A DNA stretch of 64,000 nucleotides from assembly GCA_050084515.1 (NCBI GenBank), contig CM114271.1, positions 10,912,001 to 10,976,000 on the forward strand, in the 5' to 3' direction. This document shows positions 40,378 to 53,215 of the stretch, one piece after another. The stretch is from Blasia pusilla. Taxonomy: Eukaryota. The notes under the pieces were generated by a model that was given only the letters and a program-made list of their open reading frames with translations, had not been told where the DNA came from and ran no database searches. Position 1 is the first letter of the stretch; the number at the start of each line of letters is the position of its first letter. Both the position numbers and the translations under genes were made by a program.

Positions 40378-43300
40378 AACGTATGTGCTTCGCTTGTGTT
40401 CGCTTGAAGTCACACAACAACTCTTGCGCGTGTTCCAAATCCGCCTCCGCAATCCAAGTCGCCTCCTTCACATGGTAGCCCTTCCATTTTACCAAGTATT
40501 CATACTTGTTGGCCCGACACCTCGAACGTAAGATGGTCTCCACCTCGAACTCCGGCTCCTCATTTACGATGACCGGATGCGGTCTCACCACCTGTCTCCG
40601 CTCGAAACGTCCATTATCTTGAAGGTATTTCTTCAATAATGACACATGAAAGGTCGGGTGAATCTTGAACTCGTCCGGCAGTCTCAACGTATACACATCC
40701 TCAAACGGGTTTGCCACAATCACATACGGTCCAGCATACTTGGCAGACAGCTTTGTGGACAACTCTTTCGGAAGAGTGAGATTCTTCACACTCAACCACA
40801 CTTGTTCTCCGACTTGGAATCGTACTTGGCGCCGACTCTTGTTAGCATGCTTCACGTACCTCATTTGAGCCTTTGCAAGACTTCGCCTCGCGCTCACTTC
40901 TCGTTCTCGCATCTCTACCAACAAACTTTCTACCGTCGCTTGTCGTGTTCGTGCCAATGTAGTACCCTTCGAAAGGGCTAGATCAAGAGGCCCTTCTAGC
41001 TCTCGTCCATTTGCCAGGAGAAACGGAGATTCTCTGTTGCGAGCACGCTTGGTCGAGTTGTAGCGAAGATTCCGCCATGCTCACCACTTGACCCAATCGC
41101 GTTGATCAAAGACGACATAATTCCTCAAGTCTTGATTCACGATAGAGTTTACCTTTTTCACCGGTCTGTCCATCCGTCGTGGGTGGAAAGCCGTCATGAA
41201 ACTCAGCTTGGTCTTAAACCTTCTGAACAAGTGCTTCCAGAAAGCACTGGTAAACTTTGGATCCCGATCTGAAACAATGCTCCTCGGCAAACCATGAGCA
41301 CGCCACCAGCTATCGAGGAATAGTTGCGTTGTCGTATACGCCGTTGCGGAATCCACCGTCGGCACGAATCTCGCCAACTTGCTAAACCGATCAACAATCA
41401 CAAGTATAGCGTTGTATCCCCAGATTCGGAAGACTCGTGATAAAATCCATACTCACACTTTGCAAGGGTCCTTCGGGATCGGCAAGGGATGCAAAGACAA
41501 GCCCTGTTTCTTATCATAAGAGACTCTATTCGCTGGCGTGTCACATGGTCTTCACATATTGAGCAACATCCTCCTTCATGTTGGGCCAAAAGAACCGCTT
41601 GGACAGAACAACTAGCGTAGATTTCTCTCCTTTATGTCCTGCCAAGGGCCCGTCGTGACATTCCGCTAACACCTTGGTTCGCATTCCCGCCTTGCCCTAC
41701 ATAGATCCTACTGTTTGAACCTTAGTAAACCGTGCACCTCAAACTTATGTTGGCCACCTTCTCACCCCGCTTCAACTTCCTCAAGTATTCCCCGCTTGAG
41801 CATCCTTCATATATCCTTCACTTAATCCTTCTCTCCAGATCTGTTTCCTTAGGGAACATTGCTCTCAAAACTGTGTGTCGTCGATGGCATGTGTTCCTCC
41901 TTGCGACTTAACGATCCGGGAATCACATTATCTTTACCTGGCTTGTGGATCAACTCTACATCCATCAGCGCCAAGGTATCATGCCACCGTAGTTGTTTCG
42001 GTGTCACTCGATCCTGGGTCTCAAAATACTTGAGTGATATATTATCGGTGAATACTCGAGTCCTGTGGAGCCCTAGATAATGCCGCCACTTCCTCAAGCA
42101 ATGTACCACCGCGAACAACTCTTTCTCGTGAGTAGGCCATCTCCTTTCAGTATCGCTAAGCTTCTTGCTCTCATATGCCACCGGTCTCCCTTCTTGCACC
42201 AACATTCCTGCAACCGCGAAATCACTAGCATCGGTATGCACTTCGAACGGTTTGTCAAACTCCGGCAGCTTTAACACTGGTTCCTGCGATAGAATCTGCT
42301 TCACTCGGTTGAATGCCTCATTAACTTCCTGGGTCCAAGTTGTGTTGGCAAACTTTGCCGTCCAATCCGTGAGAGGTCTCACAATTCCCGAAAAGTTTTT
42401 TACATAAGTACGGTAAAATTGCACCGCACCTATGAACCTCCTCATCCCCTTTACAGTGGATGGGGGTTCCCACTCGGAAATCACTTTTACCTTTTCCATG
42501 TCTGGACTGACGCCATCTGCACTGACCACGTGACCCAAGAATTTGATCTTACTCAAACCAAATTCGCTCTTCTCTACATTCGCATACAGCTGATTTGCCC
42601 TTAGCTTAGACAAGACCGCTCTCACATGTCGAACGTGCTCCTCTAGTGACTTCGAATAGATAAGTATATCATCGATATAGATGATAACATACTCATCCAT
42701 TTCCTTGTGAAAAATGGAGTTCATCAATGTGGTGAACGTCGGAGGCGCGTTACATAGACCGGAAGGCATCACTACAAACTCAAAGGAACCGTATCTCGTC
42801 CTGCACGCAGTCTTCTCCACATCTGCCTCGGCAATCCGAATCTGGTAATATCCTCGACTTCAAGTCAATCCTACTGAAATATCTCGCTTTGCCGCCTATC
42901 AAAGAGATCATCTATCCTTGAAGAGGATAATTGTTCGAACCGTCACTTTGTTCAAAGGCACGGTAATCAACACACACCTCATCTTTCCATCCTTCTTCTT
43001 TACAAAGAGAACAGGTGCTCCATAAGGTGACTTGCTAGTCCTAATGTAACCCTTTTCCAAGAGCTCACTTAACTGCTTTTTCAACTCAAGAAGTTCCTCC
43101 TGATTCAACCTATATGGTGCTTTTGAAGGCGGTTGGGAACCGGGTATGATCTCTATCTTATGATCTACGGCTCTATGCGGCGGAAATTCAGTCGGAAGCT
43201 CATTTGTCAAGACATCCTCAAACTCCTTGACCACTTCCTGGAGTGGTTCTGGGATTCCCCTTGAAGCAGCGTCCTGATCTCTGCGTATACTGCTTGTAGC

Positions 43301-46053
43301 CTCCTCCACTTGTCTCATCAAGCAGAGAAATCCATCCTCCAACTCGGTTATGCTCCTCCTTGTGATCGAGTTCACCAACTCCATCTTTGCTAGAACCTCA
43401 CGGACCAACCGCACCTGTAACCGTTTGCCTTTTAGCAAGACGCTCAACCTCAATGGTCGGCGTCTTAACTCCACCTCATACGCATCTAGGAATGTATTCC
43501 CCAAAACTTCGTCAATGCCGTCCATTTCGCATACAGTGAAATTCTCCTTCAACTCGAATACCCCGCATCCTACTGTCAAACCCAAGACCAAATCAGAAGT
43601 CCGATGAGACTTGCCTCCTGCAAATCCCACTCGAATGGGCTCGTCCGCCTTAGAGGTAGACAGCCCCAGTTCCTTCACGATTCTCGGGCTTAGGAAGGAG
43701 TGTGAAGCACCTGTATCCACGAGCAACAACACATCGCGATCAGCAATCTTGGATCTTAGGTACACCAAATTGTGCGTCCTCTTGGTGACTTGAAGGGACG
43801 TCTCCATATCGCCCGCCAACAGATGCTTAGCAGCAAACGCAATCATACTCCCATTACTAACCTTCGGTTTCGAACACCCTTTCGACAGGTGACCCGGTTC
43901 GCCACAGTTGTAGCATACGACCTTGCCGTTCCCTGTCTTTGAGTGTTGTCCTCCTTTCGGCTTCGCATGAAGTTCCACTCGCTTTTTCTTTGCCGGCGAC
44001 GACTCTCTTGGTTCGTGTTGGCCCCCACTCCAGCCTCTTTTGAACGCCTCCTTATTTTTCGACTTCTTCGAAAAAACTTTTGACTCGAAGGGTTTCTGGG
44101 TTTGGACCTCATCGTCCCCAATCCGCTCCGCTAGCTTCAGAAGGTCCGCGCAGGTCTCTGGCAACGTCGGCATTCGGTAAAGGGCCTTCTCAGCGCTCGG
44201 CTTGAGTCCACTAATGAAGATAGCCTTCTTCGCGTGCTCATCCATCTTCGGACTAGAAGTCAGTTTCGCACTAAACTCCCTCACATACGCGCTTAAGGAA
44301 CCACTTTGCCGCATCCGCACGCATTCCACTGTGTCACGCAACCCTTGGTACTCCGGAGTGAACCGATCCCCAATCAACTCCTTGAACTCCTTCCAACTCA
44401 GAGGTGACTCACCGCCCAGATATTCCTCTCGTTGAGCGGTCCACCATTGCAGAGCATGATCCTTAAGGAAAGTAACGGCTACCGTCACCTTGTCCCGCTT
44501 CAGCGACCTTCGCGCCTCAATACTGATTCGATTCGTAAGGAAATCCTTCACTTTCATGAGCGCCCCACTCCAATAAATGGCGTGGCAGGTTCGTCTTGCA
44601 GAGCTTTTTCCCCTTTTCGGGTTTCGAGTGGCCTCTAACTCCGCAATCCGCTTGCTTTGCTGGGACATCTGCTCCACCAACACCTTCAACAAGTCCAACG
44701 TCTGGCTCGACTCTGTCCTTTCCCCTGAGTTTGGGCCCACTGGCCCCGCGGAAGGAGTCGCCACTGGGACGTCCTCACGACTGGCGTTCAGCTCTTTGGG
44801 AGTCTCTGACTCCTCTATAGCTTCACGGTCCGGCATTGGTTCCTCTCTCGGTTCACGTTGCTTGATTCAGCGCTTCTTGGGTTGTTCTCCCTCGATCGCC
44901 ATTTCCAAGCCAACTCACTCAGATCTCCTCCTCGTTTCTTGCGTCCCTCCTCCAGCGTCCGAGTCTAGCCGCTACCTTGAAATTTCCCAAGCGTCCGGCT
45001 GATCCCACGACCCCAAGTTCTCGCTCACCAAGGATAAGCTCTGATACCACTTGTCGCGCCCCTACTCTCCTTGAACGTCAATCTTTAGTGTTGCGGAAGC
45101 GTGCGTTCAGTAGGTCACGAACTCATCGCCGATCTGCACCCAAACACGCACTCTCGTTAGTCGGGTTTGGCCAACTGGCGTTCCAACCCACCAAGTCCTC
45201 AACTCCGCGTCTCATCAAGCTCAACCTTCCTTAATTCCTAGCTCCCAACACATGGCAAGTCCTTCAAGACTTGGAACAGACTTCCTGGTTAGTCCAGGGA
45301 TCTGAAACGGCACTTACACGCCTAGCGATCCCAACTGTTCAACGGTCCTCGTGTGAGTTCCGAACCGAGACCCAAGTAATTGAGTCGCGGCGTGAAATCC
45401 AAGAGGGATGTCTAAAATCGCCTCAATGGACTTGGTGTAGGTTTTCCAACCCAACGCCCAAACTCGCGTTCCGTTCCATGCCCTTGAGCCGCCCCGCGGC
45501 GCCCAAAGTGGGGTTTGGGTTCCAAGCACTCTCGGAGACCTTCCCCCTTACTAGTACTTCTGGAGTTCTCCAATAACCCCTCCCCTTTGGGAAAAGAGGT
45601 TCGGGCCCTTCATTGTGGCCCTCAACCCGACTCCACTTACAGTCATTTTCGGGTTGTATCTCGGCCGCTGCTTATGCGTTTGCAGCGATCTTTGATGCGT
45701 TTGAACCGGCTCTCTATAAGCTTTCCAATGCACTCTTATTTTCTCCAAACGCATCTTGGCGCTAAAAGTTATGGCCATAAATACAGTCGGAAACTCTCAA
45801 ACGCAAGTGGCGTTCCAAGTCCGGATCTTTCCTTTGGCAACCCACTTCGTAGACTCGACTTCTTTCAAGTCTCATTCCGCGTTTGGTCCAGGTTTCCGAG
45901 TCGCGACCATCATATCTGAAACGCGGCTTCTCGCTCGCGTCTCATCTCTTGTCTCCTCTTTGAGACAACTCCAACGCGCAAACCATCTTAGCGTGAGCCC
46001 GCTAATGTTCCGATGTTCCGCTTGGCACTTGTTTGGTCATGAGGGTCGCGACA
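40378..46053 (-). mobile_element. Ty3/gypsy chromovirus: 5' LTR 46053-45052, PBS 45049-45038, gag-ZnK-PR-RT-RH-INT-chromodomain; 3' LTR missing
   Basis: TGTCGCG...CGCGACA LTR termini and TGGTATCAGAGC PBS. Motifs CYNCGEPGHLSKGC, LLVDTGAS, YIDDIL, HTDASDF, VDRFSK, YAGPY, EVETIL...YLVKWKGY. Several frameshifts. Confidence 0.95.
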
Positions 46054-49000
46054 GGTAGCCAACGTATGCTCTCCAACCACTGGTCCACCACTACCACCCC
46101 TACCACCTCTTCCACCTCGGCCTCTCGGAGCTACTCCACCACGGCCGCGGCCTGATCTCAACTCTGGATGAAGATCAAAGCAACGCTCTCGAGGATGACC
46201 TGGTCTCCCGCAATGATGACACTGAGTTGGGGCCGACTGAGGCTCATCCTCCAAAGTCCGTCTCCCATCCTCTTGATCACCTCCACATGTCCAACATGAC
46301 TGTCCTTGCTGCGGGGCAGCAAATGAAAGCAATGGTCTCTACGCAAGTGTCCCTCTAGGACCTCACTGAGGTCGTGTGTACCCCCCACGACTCCCACTAC
46401 TACGAGACTGTGAGGTGGGCTGCTGAACACGAGAAGTAGTTGTTGTATCCCTACTGAATGCGGATGTCACCACTCTCTCCTTCACCATGTTAAGCTCAAT
46501 CTTCTCAGATAGAGCAAACACAGGGGTCAATGTGGGTGAATCATCACTCATAAGAGTAGCATCATGTACCCTACGGTGCAACTCTCTGTCCAAGATCCCA
46601 TACCAAAACTGGACTACCTGAGCCTCAGTCACACCCTGGGTAACTGAAATCAACCGTTGCATACGAGTGTATGCCTCACAAAGACTCTTACCAGTCTTTC
46701 GCTCAAATTCCTGAAGACTCCTCAACTTCTCTATCTTCACTCTCTGATAGTTCCTCTTCAACCTCTTGAAGAACTCTACAACCGGGCTGAACGATGGTGG
46801 GGCACTAGTACCTCCACTAGTACCCCCACTTATACCTCCATGGGTACCTCCACTAGTAACCCCACTCCGACTCGTACTCGTACCACTCAACGTCGGGCTG
46901 GGTGGCATAGTAGGAGCACTACTACCAGTACCACCATGGGTGATAGACACATAGCTTGGAGACCAATATTTTCTCCATGCCTCAATCTGAGCAACATGGT
47001 CCTTCCTAAACTTATGGTAATCATCCATGGGTGGCCCCTCCAAGTGCTGAAACAACCCCTTCCAAGCCAAGAAGGGTGTAAACAACGTGGCGTTCCGCAA
47101 CATCTGCATATCACACCACGTATCAAACTCCTGCATGAAGTCCTCCAACTCAATGGTGCCCACTACACCCGAGTATTTTTGTGGGCCCTTCATGGCCCCA
47201 TATATCCCGTCCATGTCCCAAATCAATGGAGCTGCAACACTCGATAACAACGTAAAAGACTCGATGTTTGGAACACCCTCGTCCTCCTCTTCATCAACCG
47301 TCAGAAGTGGAAAAAATAGTCGATACCTCAATCCACTTCGTGTGAAACCACCACTGTCCGCACCACGGTCCTCAACCAGACCACCAGACAGCTCCATGAT
47401 GACCAACGCCGATGCCGCACCACCACCAAATTACCACCACTAAGTAACCAAGTGACGTTGATATCGATGTACTATTCTAGCTCTACTGGCTATGGGTGTA
47501 GGCAACCTAACTTGTCAGCACCACAAGAAGCCTCCCACGGTCTACTCTTCATCACTCCAGCCTCACTACTAGTAGCACTCCAGAGTAACACTACTCTGGA
47601 AATCAGCGTCAACCCTAACAATGGGCGCGCAAGCAAGAAGCAACGATGGAGGGGATCCAAACACAGGAAGTCCAACAACAACCCTCCAATCGCAAATGGA
47701 AATCAAGGTAACACAATCCACCAAACGTGGCGCCCCCTAAATCCACAGAACCCACCACACAATTCTAACACAATAGCTACTCCGCCGCGGGTCGATGACG
47801 TGCTAGTCAGACTCGCAACACCTGAAAATATCACCTGCATGGAGAGGCTACAGCGTACTATGCGCTAGAGTTCCATCAACCAAAAACTTGAGATGCATAA
47901 AGCGCCTAACACATCTCCAAACAGCACCAAATGAGCTACACCAGTGTGTACACTGGCATAGTTAAGAACTCAGCAGTCAAGCGTCTTCCAGGCAGAATAG
48001 CCCAAAGATGGGTGACCAGTTATGCAACACTCAAATCACAAAACCTGCAAAACCTACAAAAACTGCCTCATGCCCAAGCAAGCAAGCTTGCTTGCTTGCT
48101 CCTTGCTCCTTACTCCGCCTCTCACGGCCACTCGCCCCGAGCTACCACGAGTTGCCTCAAAGCCTCAAAGCGTTGAGAAATGCTCCAGACATGCCCCGTT
48201 TGCCACGCTTCGCCATGCTTTGCTATTGAGAGAGGCCCAACCAGGGCGCCCCCAATGGAATAGGTGCTTCCAACAACAAACAAGTCACCAATCAACCAGC
48301 CCCTCCGATCCATTGTCCACCATAGCTAGACCTTGAGCTAGTCCGCAAAATTTTGATCAGTAATTACTCCACAAATCCTCAACCAAAATTGAATCTATTT
48401 CAACCAAAATTGAATTGACCACCATAACTATCTCTCCACAAAAAATCAGCTACAACTGAGCTCTGCACTCTGAGCTAAAAATCAGACAAACTTGTTGTCC
48501 ATACACCTCCAGTATCGTAAATCCGACAGCACTTCCGCCCAGATTCATGCACGCAAAAATCCGCAATGCTCCACACACTCAAGCAGAAAGCTTCACATCA
48601 GATCACAATACAAGTAGCAATAGGAACCTCTCATTCGATTGGATGAACTTCAACAGAGCTTCCGCACTCCAAGCTCTCCACATCAAAAAACCGTCGAACA
48701 CGAACGAGAATCTTCAATCCTTGATAACTTCCAACTCCCTTAACGAAATCCGGAGATCTAAAGCGCGTTGGAAAGCTCTCAGCAAAGCGCTTCTTTCCCA
48801 ACCAACCATGCACCAGATTCCCACCTCCAACATAGGCCACAAGCCACGAACATCCACGGCTGAGTACACAATCAACCCTTACCAGATCCTACTGATCCAC
48901 AATCCAAGTTACCATTGATCTACTCTAGTTCTTTGAGTGAAATCCGTGATAGACCTACTGTCATAAAACACTTATAGAATCACATTCAATCGAGCCAAAC

Positions 49001-49285
49001 CCACTCCACGATGGGAGAATCCAGGTCAAAGCTTGCGGGAACCACCATAGCCGAGAACTCTACTCACTACCAAGGCTAACTCCCAACGCAACAGGCTCAA
49101 CTCAAAGAACTAACTGTTCTTTGAGTGCACTCCACACTATATCCTCCAACCTAAGAGCGGGCCCTATTGGAAAAGTCACCCTCAACGGAGTAACCCCCAA
49201 CCCTATGTATGAAACCGCATCTCTACCTAGACACTACGGCCCTACATAAGGTATGGCCTCTACTAGCACACTATACTCTATGACA
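46054..49285 (-). mobile_element. Gypsy 5' half related to the DNMT-carrying family (LTR/leader and gag), cut by the chromovirus LTR
   Basis: TGTCATA start at 49285. ORF 47406-46363 has TRSGLRY and YSGVVGTIELEDFMQEFDTWCD. Zinc knuckle CHHCGRPGHPRERCFDLH. Confidence 0.8.
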
Positions 49286-49304
49286 TAATCCGTATGGTCA
49301 TGAC

Positions 49305-49449
49305 AGAGCAGAAAAGTGCAAAAAATTTCACACAAAAAGTTTCCTCTCTTCAACCCAACGGAAACTCTCTTAAAAAAAAAGTATCTCTTTTGGTTGAAGG
49401 TAGTTTCCTCTCTCCTCTCTCCTCTCTTCCTCTCCTCTTACCGCACCTC
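49305..49449 (+). mobile_element. Orphan terminal fragment of the MULE (transposase-side end)
   Basis: Near-identical to about 62930-63077, with the same CTTACCGCACCTC end. Confidence 0.85.
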
Positions 49450-50220
49450 GATGTCGAGGTAGCTCCTCACTGGTAACCCCTCGATACCTCACTCTACTCC
49501 ATGTCACACCACTACTACCGCTTGCACTACCCCGTTCTTCCAAACCGTGGAAGAGCGCCGTGATGACAACCCTGTCTCACCCGCTCAAGCACTCAGACTC
49601 ACCGAGAGTCTCCCACACTCCTCACTAGCTCACCTATGCTAACATCAATCCCGTGATGACATACCTTGCCTCACGCACACTCAATACTCGAGCTCACCAT
49701 GAGCCTCCCAATTGACTCACCTAACCTAGCAACACTCATGCATACATGCGACCCCTACGCAGCAACCGCCGTATATCCACCAACATGCTACACATGAAAA
49801 GAATCTACACTCGTCACCATCATTGGACCCATCTAGCACCAGCTACTACCCAATACCCATCACTCTCAATCACACACACACACGACAAGTGCGGGAAAAA
49901 GGACTCGAATGGATAACCTGATCACGCCCTCCAACCTAGGGCACCGTCAACACGCACTCCTCCATGTGACACGACAACGTTCGCAACACAACACTCTCCT
50001 CGACCAACACGTCAATCCTCCCGCCAACAGATGCGGACAACCCATTGGCATCATGCACACTAACTCTCCGTTGTCAACTCATCGGTGTAGAGGGTCCATC
50101 TTGACCCTAACCATGTAACTCTCCTAACTACGTAAGCAGCTCTAACCTGGTAACTTGGTCACCACATCCTGAACCCTACCACGTTGCCATCCAACCACGT
50201 TCACAAAAAAGGTAGTACAT
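49450..50220 (-). mobile_element. Leader and gag start of a DNMT-family gypsy copy; it continues at 63087
   Basis: Similar to 32010-32600 and to the reverse complement of 26880-27450. Confidence 0.75.
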
Positions 50221-52667
50221 GCGGGGGGCGGGGGCTGGTATTCTGGCAGGAGAGAGTAAGAGAGGAGAGGAAGAGAGGAAGAGAGGAGAGTCTCTCTTCA
50301 AAAAAAAGGGCCAAATCCGCCTGCTCTCTTCAAAACTTTATGACATATTTGAAATTTTTGTTTGCTTTCAAATCCATGAAATCTTTAGAAGAGAGTAGGT
50401 AGTGGTCCACATTTGGCCCTAAAAAAACCTCCTTTTTCCTTGGGGCGAAAAAAAAGTAGACATCATAAGACCACTACAAACATTTTTCCATCTCCTCATC
50501 TCGGTCAACAAAAAGCAGTGCCCTTGGTATTTTTGTTGGAGGACCACCCGGATGCCAACCCTAAGCATCTACTCCAAGGCATCTACTGCCTGAAATTTCT
50601 ACCTCATCTACTTTCGAACCTGCCTAACTAAAGCCTCTTGAGCAACATTGATGGCATAGGCTCGACCTGTCTCTTGGACATGCTTGAAGGTGAGATCTAC
50701 CTCTATATTCTTCCTATGCTTGCTTCTTCTCAATCTGGTTCGAGCCCCGCCCTCAGTTCACACCTCCACTTAGCTCCACCTACACAAATCTTCCGAAATC
50801 ACTCCTTGGATCCTTCAACTCCATAGATCTCTCCCTTGGATTCTCAAGCTTTATGACCTTCAAATGAGGTCCTCTAGGCTTCCATAAGGAATCTTCTAGC
50901 CCACAAGAGTCCAAGCATTTGAGCTCAGCCTCCATTGACCTCTTCTTAGCCCCTTATTCTTCATTTCTTGGCCCTAACAATCAGATCCACCCCTTGGTTC
51001 AAACCCTCCTCTACAACAAGCAATCAAGCACTCTATCTCCTTCATTGGATACCCCGAGACTCCCTAGTGCCTACACCATCTCCCTTGTCTCCTCTAGGCT
51101 TGAGGTCAATGGAGTGACTTGGCTGCATTATCACCTTGTACAATCTTCTTGACTTGTTCTTGGACACTCTTCTTTGGGCCTTTCTCTTGCACCACCTCCA
51201 CAAGTCCAAAAACATATTCAGAAAACTTTTACAAACACCATTATGGGTTCAAAAATCTCGTCCTTTATTACCTCCGAAGGAACCTCGAAATGTACATTGA
51301 ACCTAGTCTATGATTTCTTCACCCTTGTCATCTACAAATTTACTCCTAACTCTCCTCGGTGTGATACCAAAGGAATGTCCGGGATTCAAGTGGCTCCTCT
51401 GGCCGGTTGTAGACGGGGATCGAAAATGTTGGCTAATTTGAGAGCCTTGGCCCCCCCCTAGGTACACCATAACGGTCCCATATAACCTGTCTCGAGTCCC
51501 ACCGCCTTCCTCGGCAGTATACCTTGTACGCTCTGCAATGTGACACCCATCCAGTATCAATATCCGCTCCGTCCCGGTAATACCACTATGGCAACCGCAG
51601 GTAGAAGGAATCCAACACGCCCGAGAGAAGAAAAGAAGCCTACACCGCTTTACGAGTTGAGGGAAGGTGCCAAGGAAGAAGCCCGCCAGATCGCTCGATC
51701 CGAAAGGGTCCGATCAGGCAACCTGTCAGAATCAGACAGGTTGCCTGGAGGTGGTAAAAAGGGTCCAGTGGTCAAAAAGCGAAAAGTTGCAAGGAGGAGA
51801 AATCCGACGGGTTGCAGTGGTCATAAAGTGAAAATTGCAAGCAGGAGAAATCCAACGGGTTGCAAAGTAGAAGACCGTGGAGTACATAGACGATCACATT
51901 CGAAAAGACAAAATGATCACCAAACATTTACAAGCACCACCATCGATCGAAAAAATCTCTTGCTTTATATCATCCGAAAAAAGCTCGGAACTGTACATTT
52001 GATCTATTCTATGAAATCTTTTGCCAAATTATCAAAAAACTCCCTACTCCAAACGCTGCAGTCAAGCTGGGTCGTTTAGTTCTTTGAACTCACTCGTCAT
52101 TGTCCGAGAGCTCTTGCAAAATCACTTTCGGCCTTGCCCTCCCGATTTGGGAATCGTTGGAAGTGACGATGGAGTCACTACCAAGGGTGGCACTGGAACC
52201 GGAGCTCTCGGCTTCGGTGGAGAGTTGTATGCCCCAACGAGCCTTTCGTATTTTGCCTTTGCCTCCTTGCAAAGGTCAAGCATTCTCGCCTTCCTCGAGG
52301 CGAGAATGTTCTGCCACTCGCCAGCGCCTCGATACTCGCCCCCTGAAAGGCCCACTAAGTCGAACACCAAGTCACCCGGCTTGAGCAGAGCTCGATGAGC
52401 GTTTGCATCAGGGCTGGCGACTTTTCCCTTTCTCTTAGAAGTGGGGTACTGTCTTGCATGTAAATTCCCGGGGGGGGGAATTGTACAAACTATCTAAGAT
52501 GAACCCATCTGAGCATGGATCCACAGGATCCTGGATCTTGAACACCTGGAAATTGTGCTCGGGCTGAACGAAGCAGTACACGTAGGAGTGGTCCATCTGT
52601 AAATAGCACGAAACAATGTCAGAAACTAAAGAAGTCGCCTTGAGAATATTTTCAATAACTGACTTTG

Positions 52668-53215
52668 GATCAACCTGTCGGAGTCCGACGGGTTGTTTTG
52701 TCCCAGACCCACCCGTCGGGTTCCGACGGGTTGCAGTTGCTTTTGGGTTTTCCAAGTTGATTTTGGTTTTCGGATGCAACCCGTCGGAAGGCGACGGGTT
52801 GCTGGCCTAGAGCAGCCCATGCTCTCCTGAGAGCAACCCGTCGCTATCAGACGGGTTGCATCCAAAAACCAAAATCAACTCGGAAAACCCAAAAGCAACT
52901 GCAACCCGTCGGGTTTCAACGAGTTGCAGGTACACCGCGGTTTTCCCTGTGTATGTGGGACGGGTTGCTGGCCTAGACCAGCCCATGCTCGCCTGAGAGC
53001 AACCCGTCTGATAGCAACCCGTCGCTATTAGACGGGTTGCATCCAAAAACCAAAATCAACTGCAACCCGTCGGGTTCCGACGGGTTGTACACACCGCATG
53101 ATTTTTCCCTCAGTATGTGGGAAAGATGCAACCCGTGGGAAACCGACGGGTTGCTCTCAGCTGAGCATGGGCTGCTCTAAGCCAGCAACCCGTCGCCTTT
53201 AGACGGGTTGCTCAC
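52668..53215. repeat. Palindrome array in intron 3 of copy 3, including a higher-order inverted repeat
   Basis: About 10 units. 52728-52785 is inverted relative to 52851-52907. Confidence 0.9.

Noticed and set aside
51540-52079. 179-aa ORF as a third MULE gene
   Set aside because: Non-ATG start, partly made of palindrome units, with no motif and no second copy to support it.
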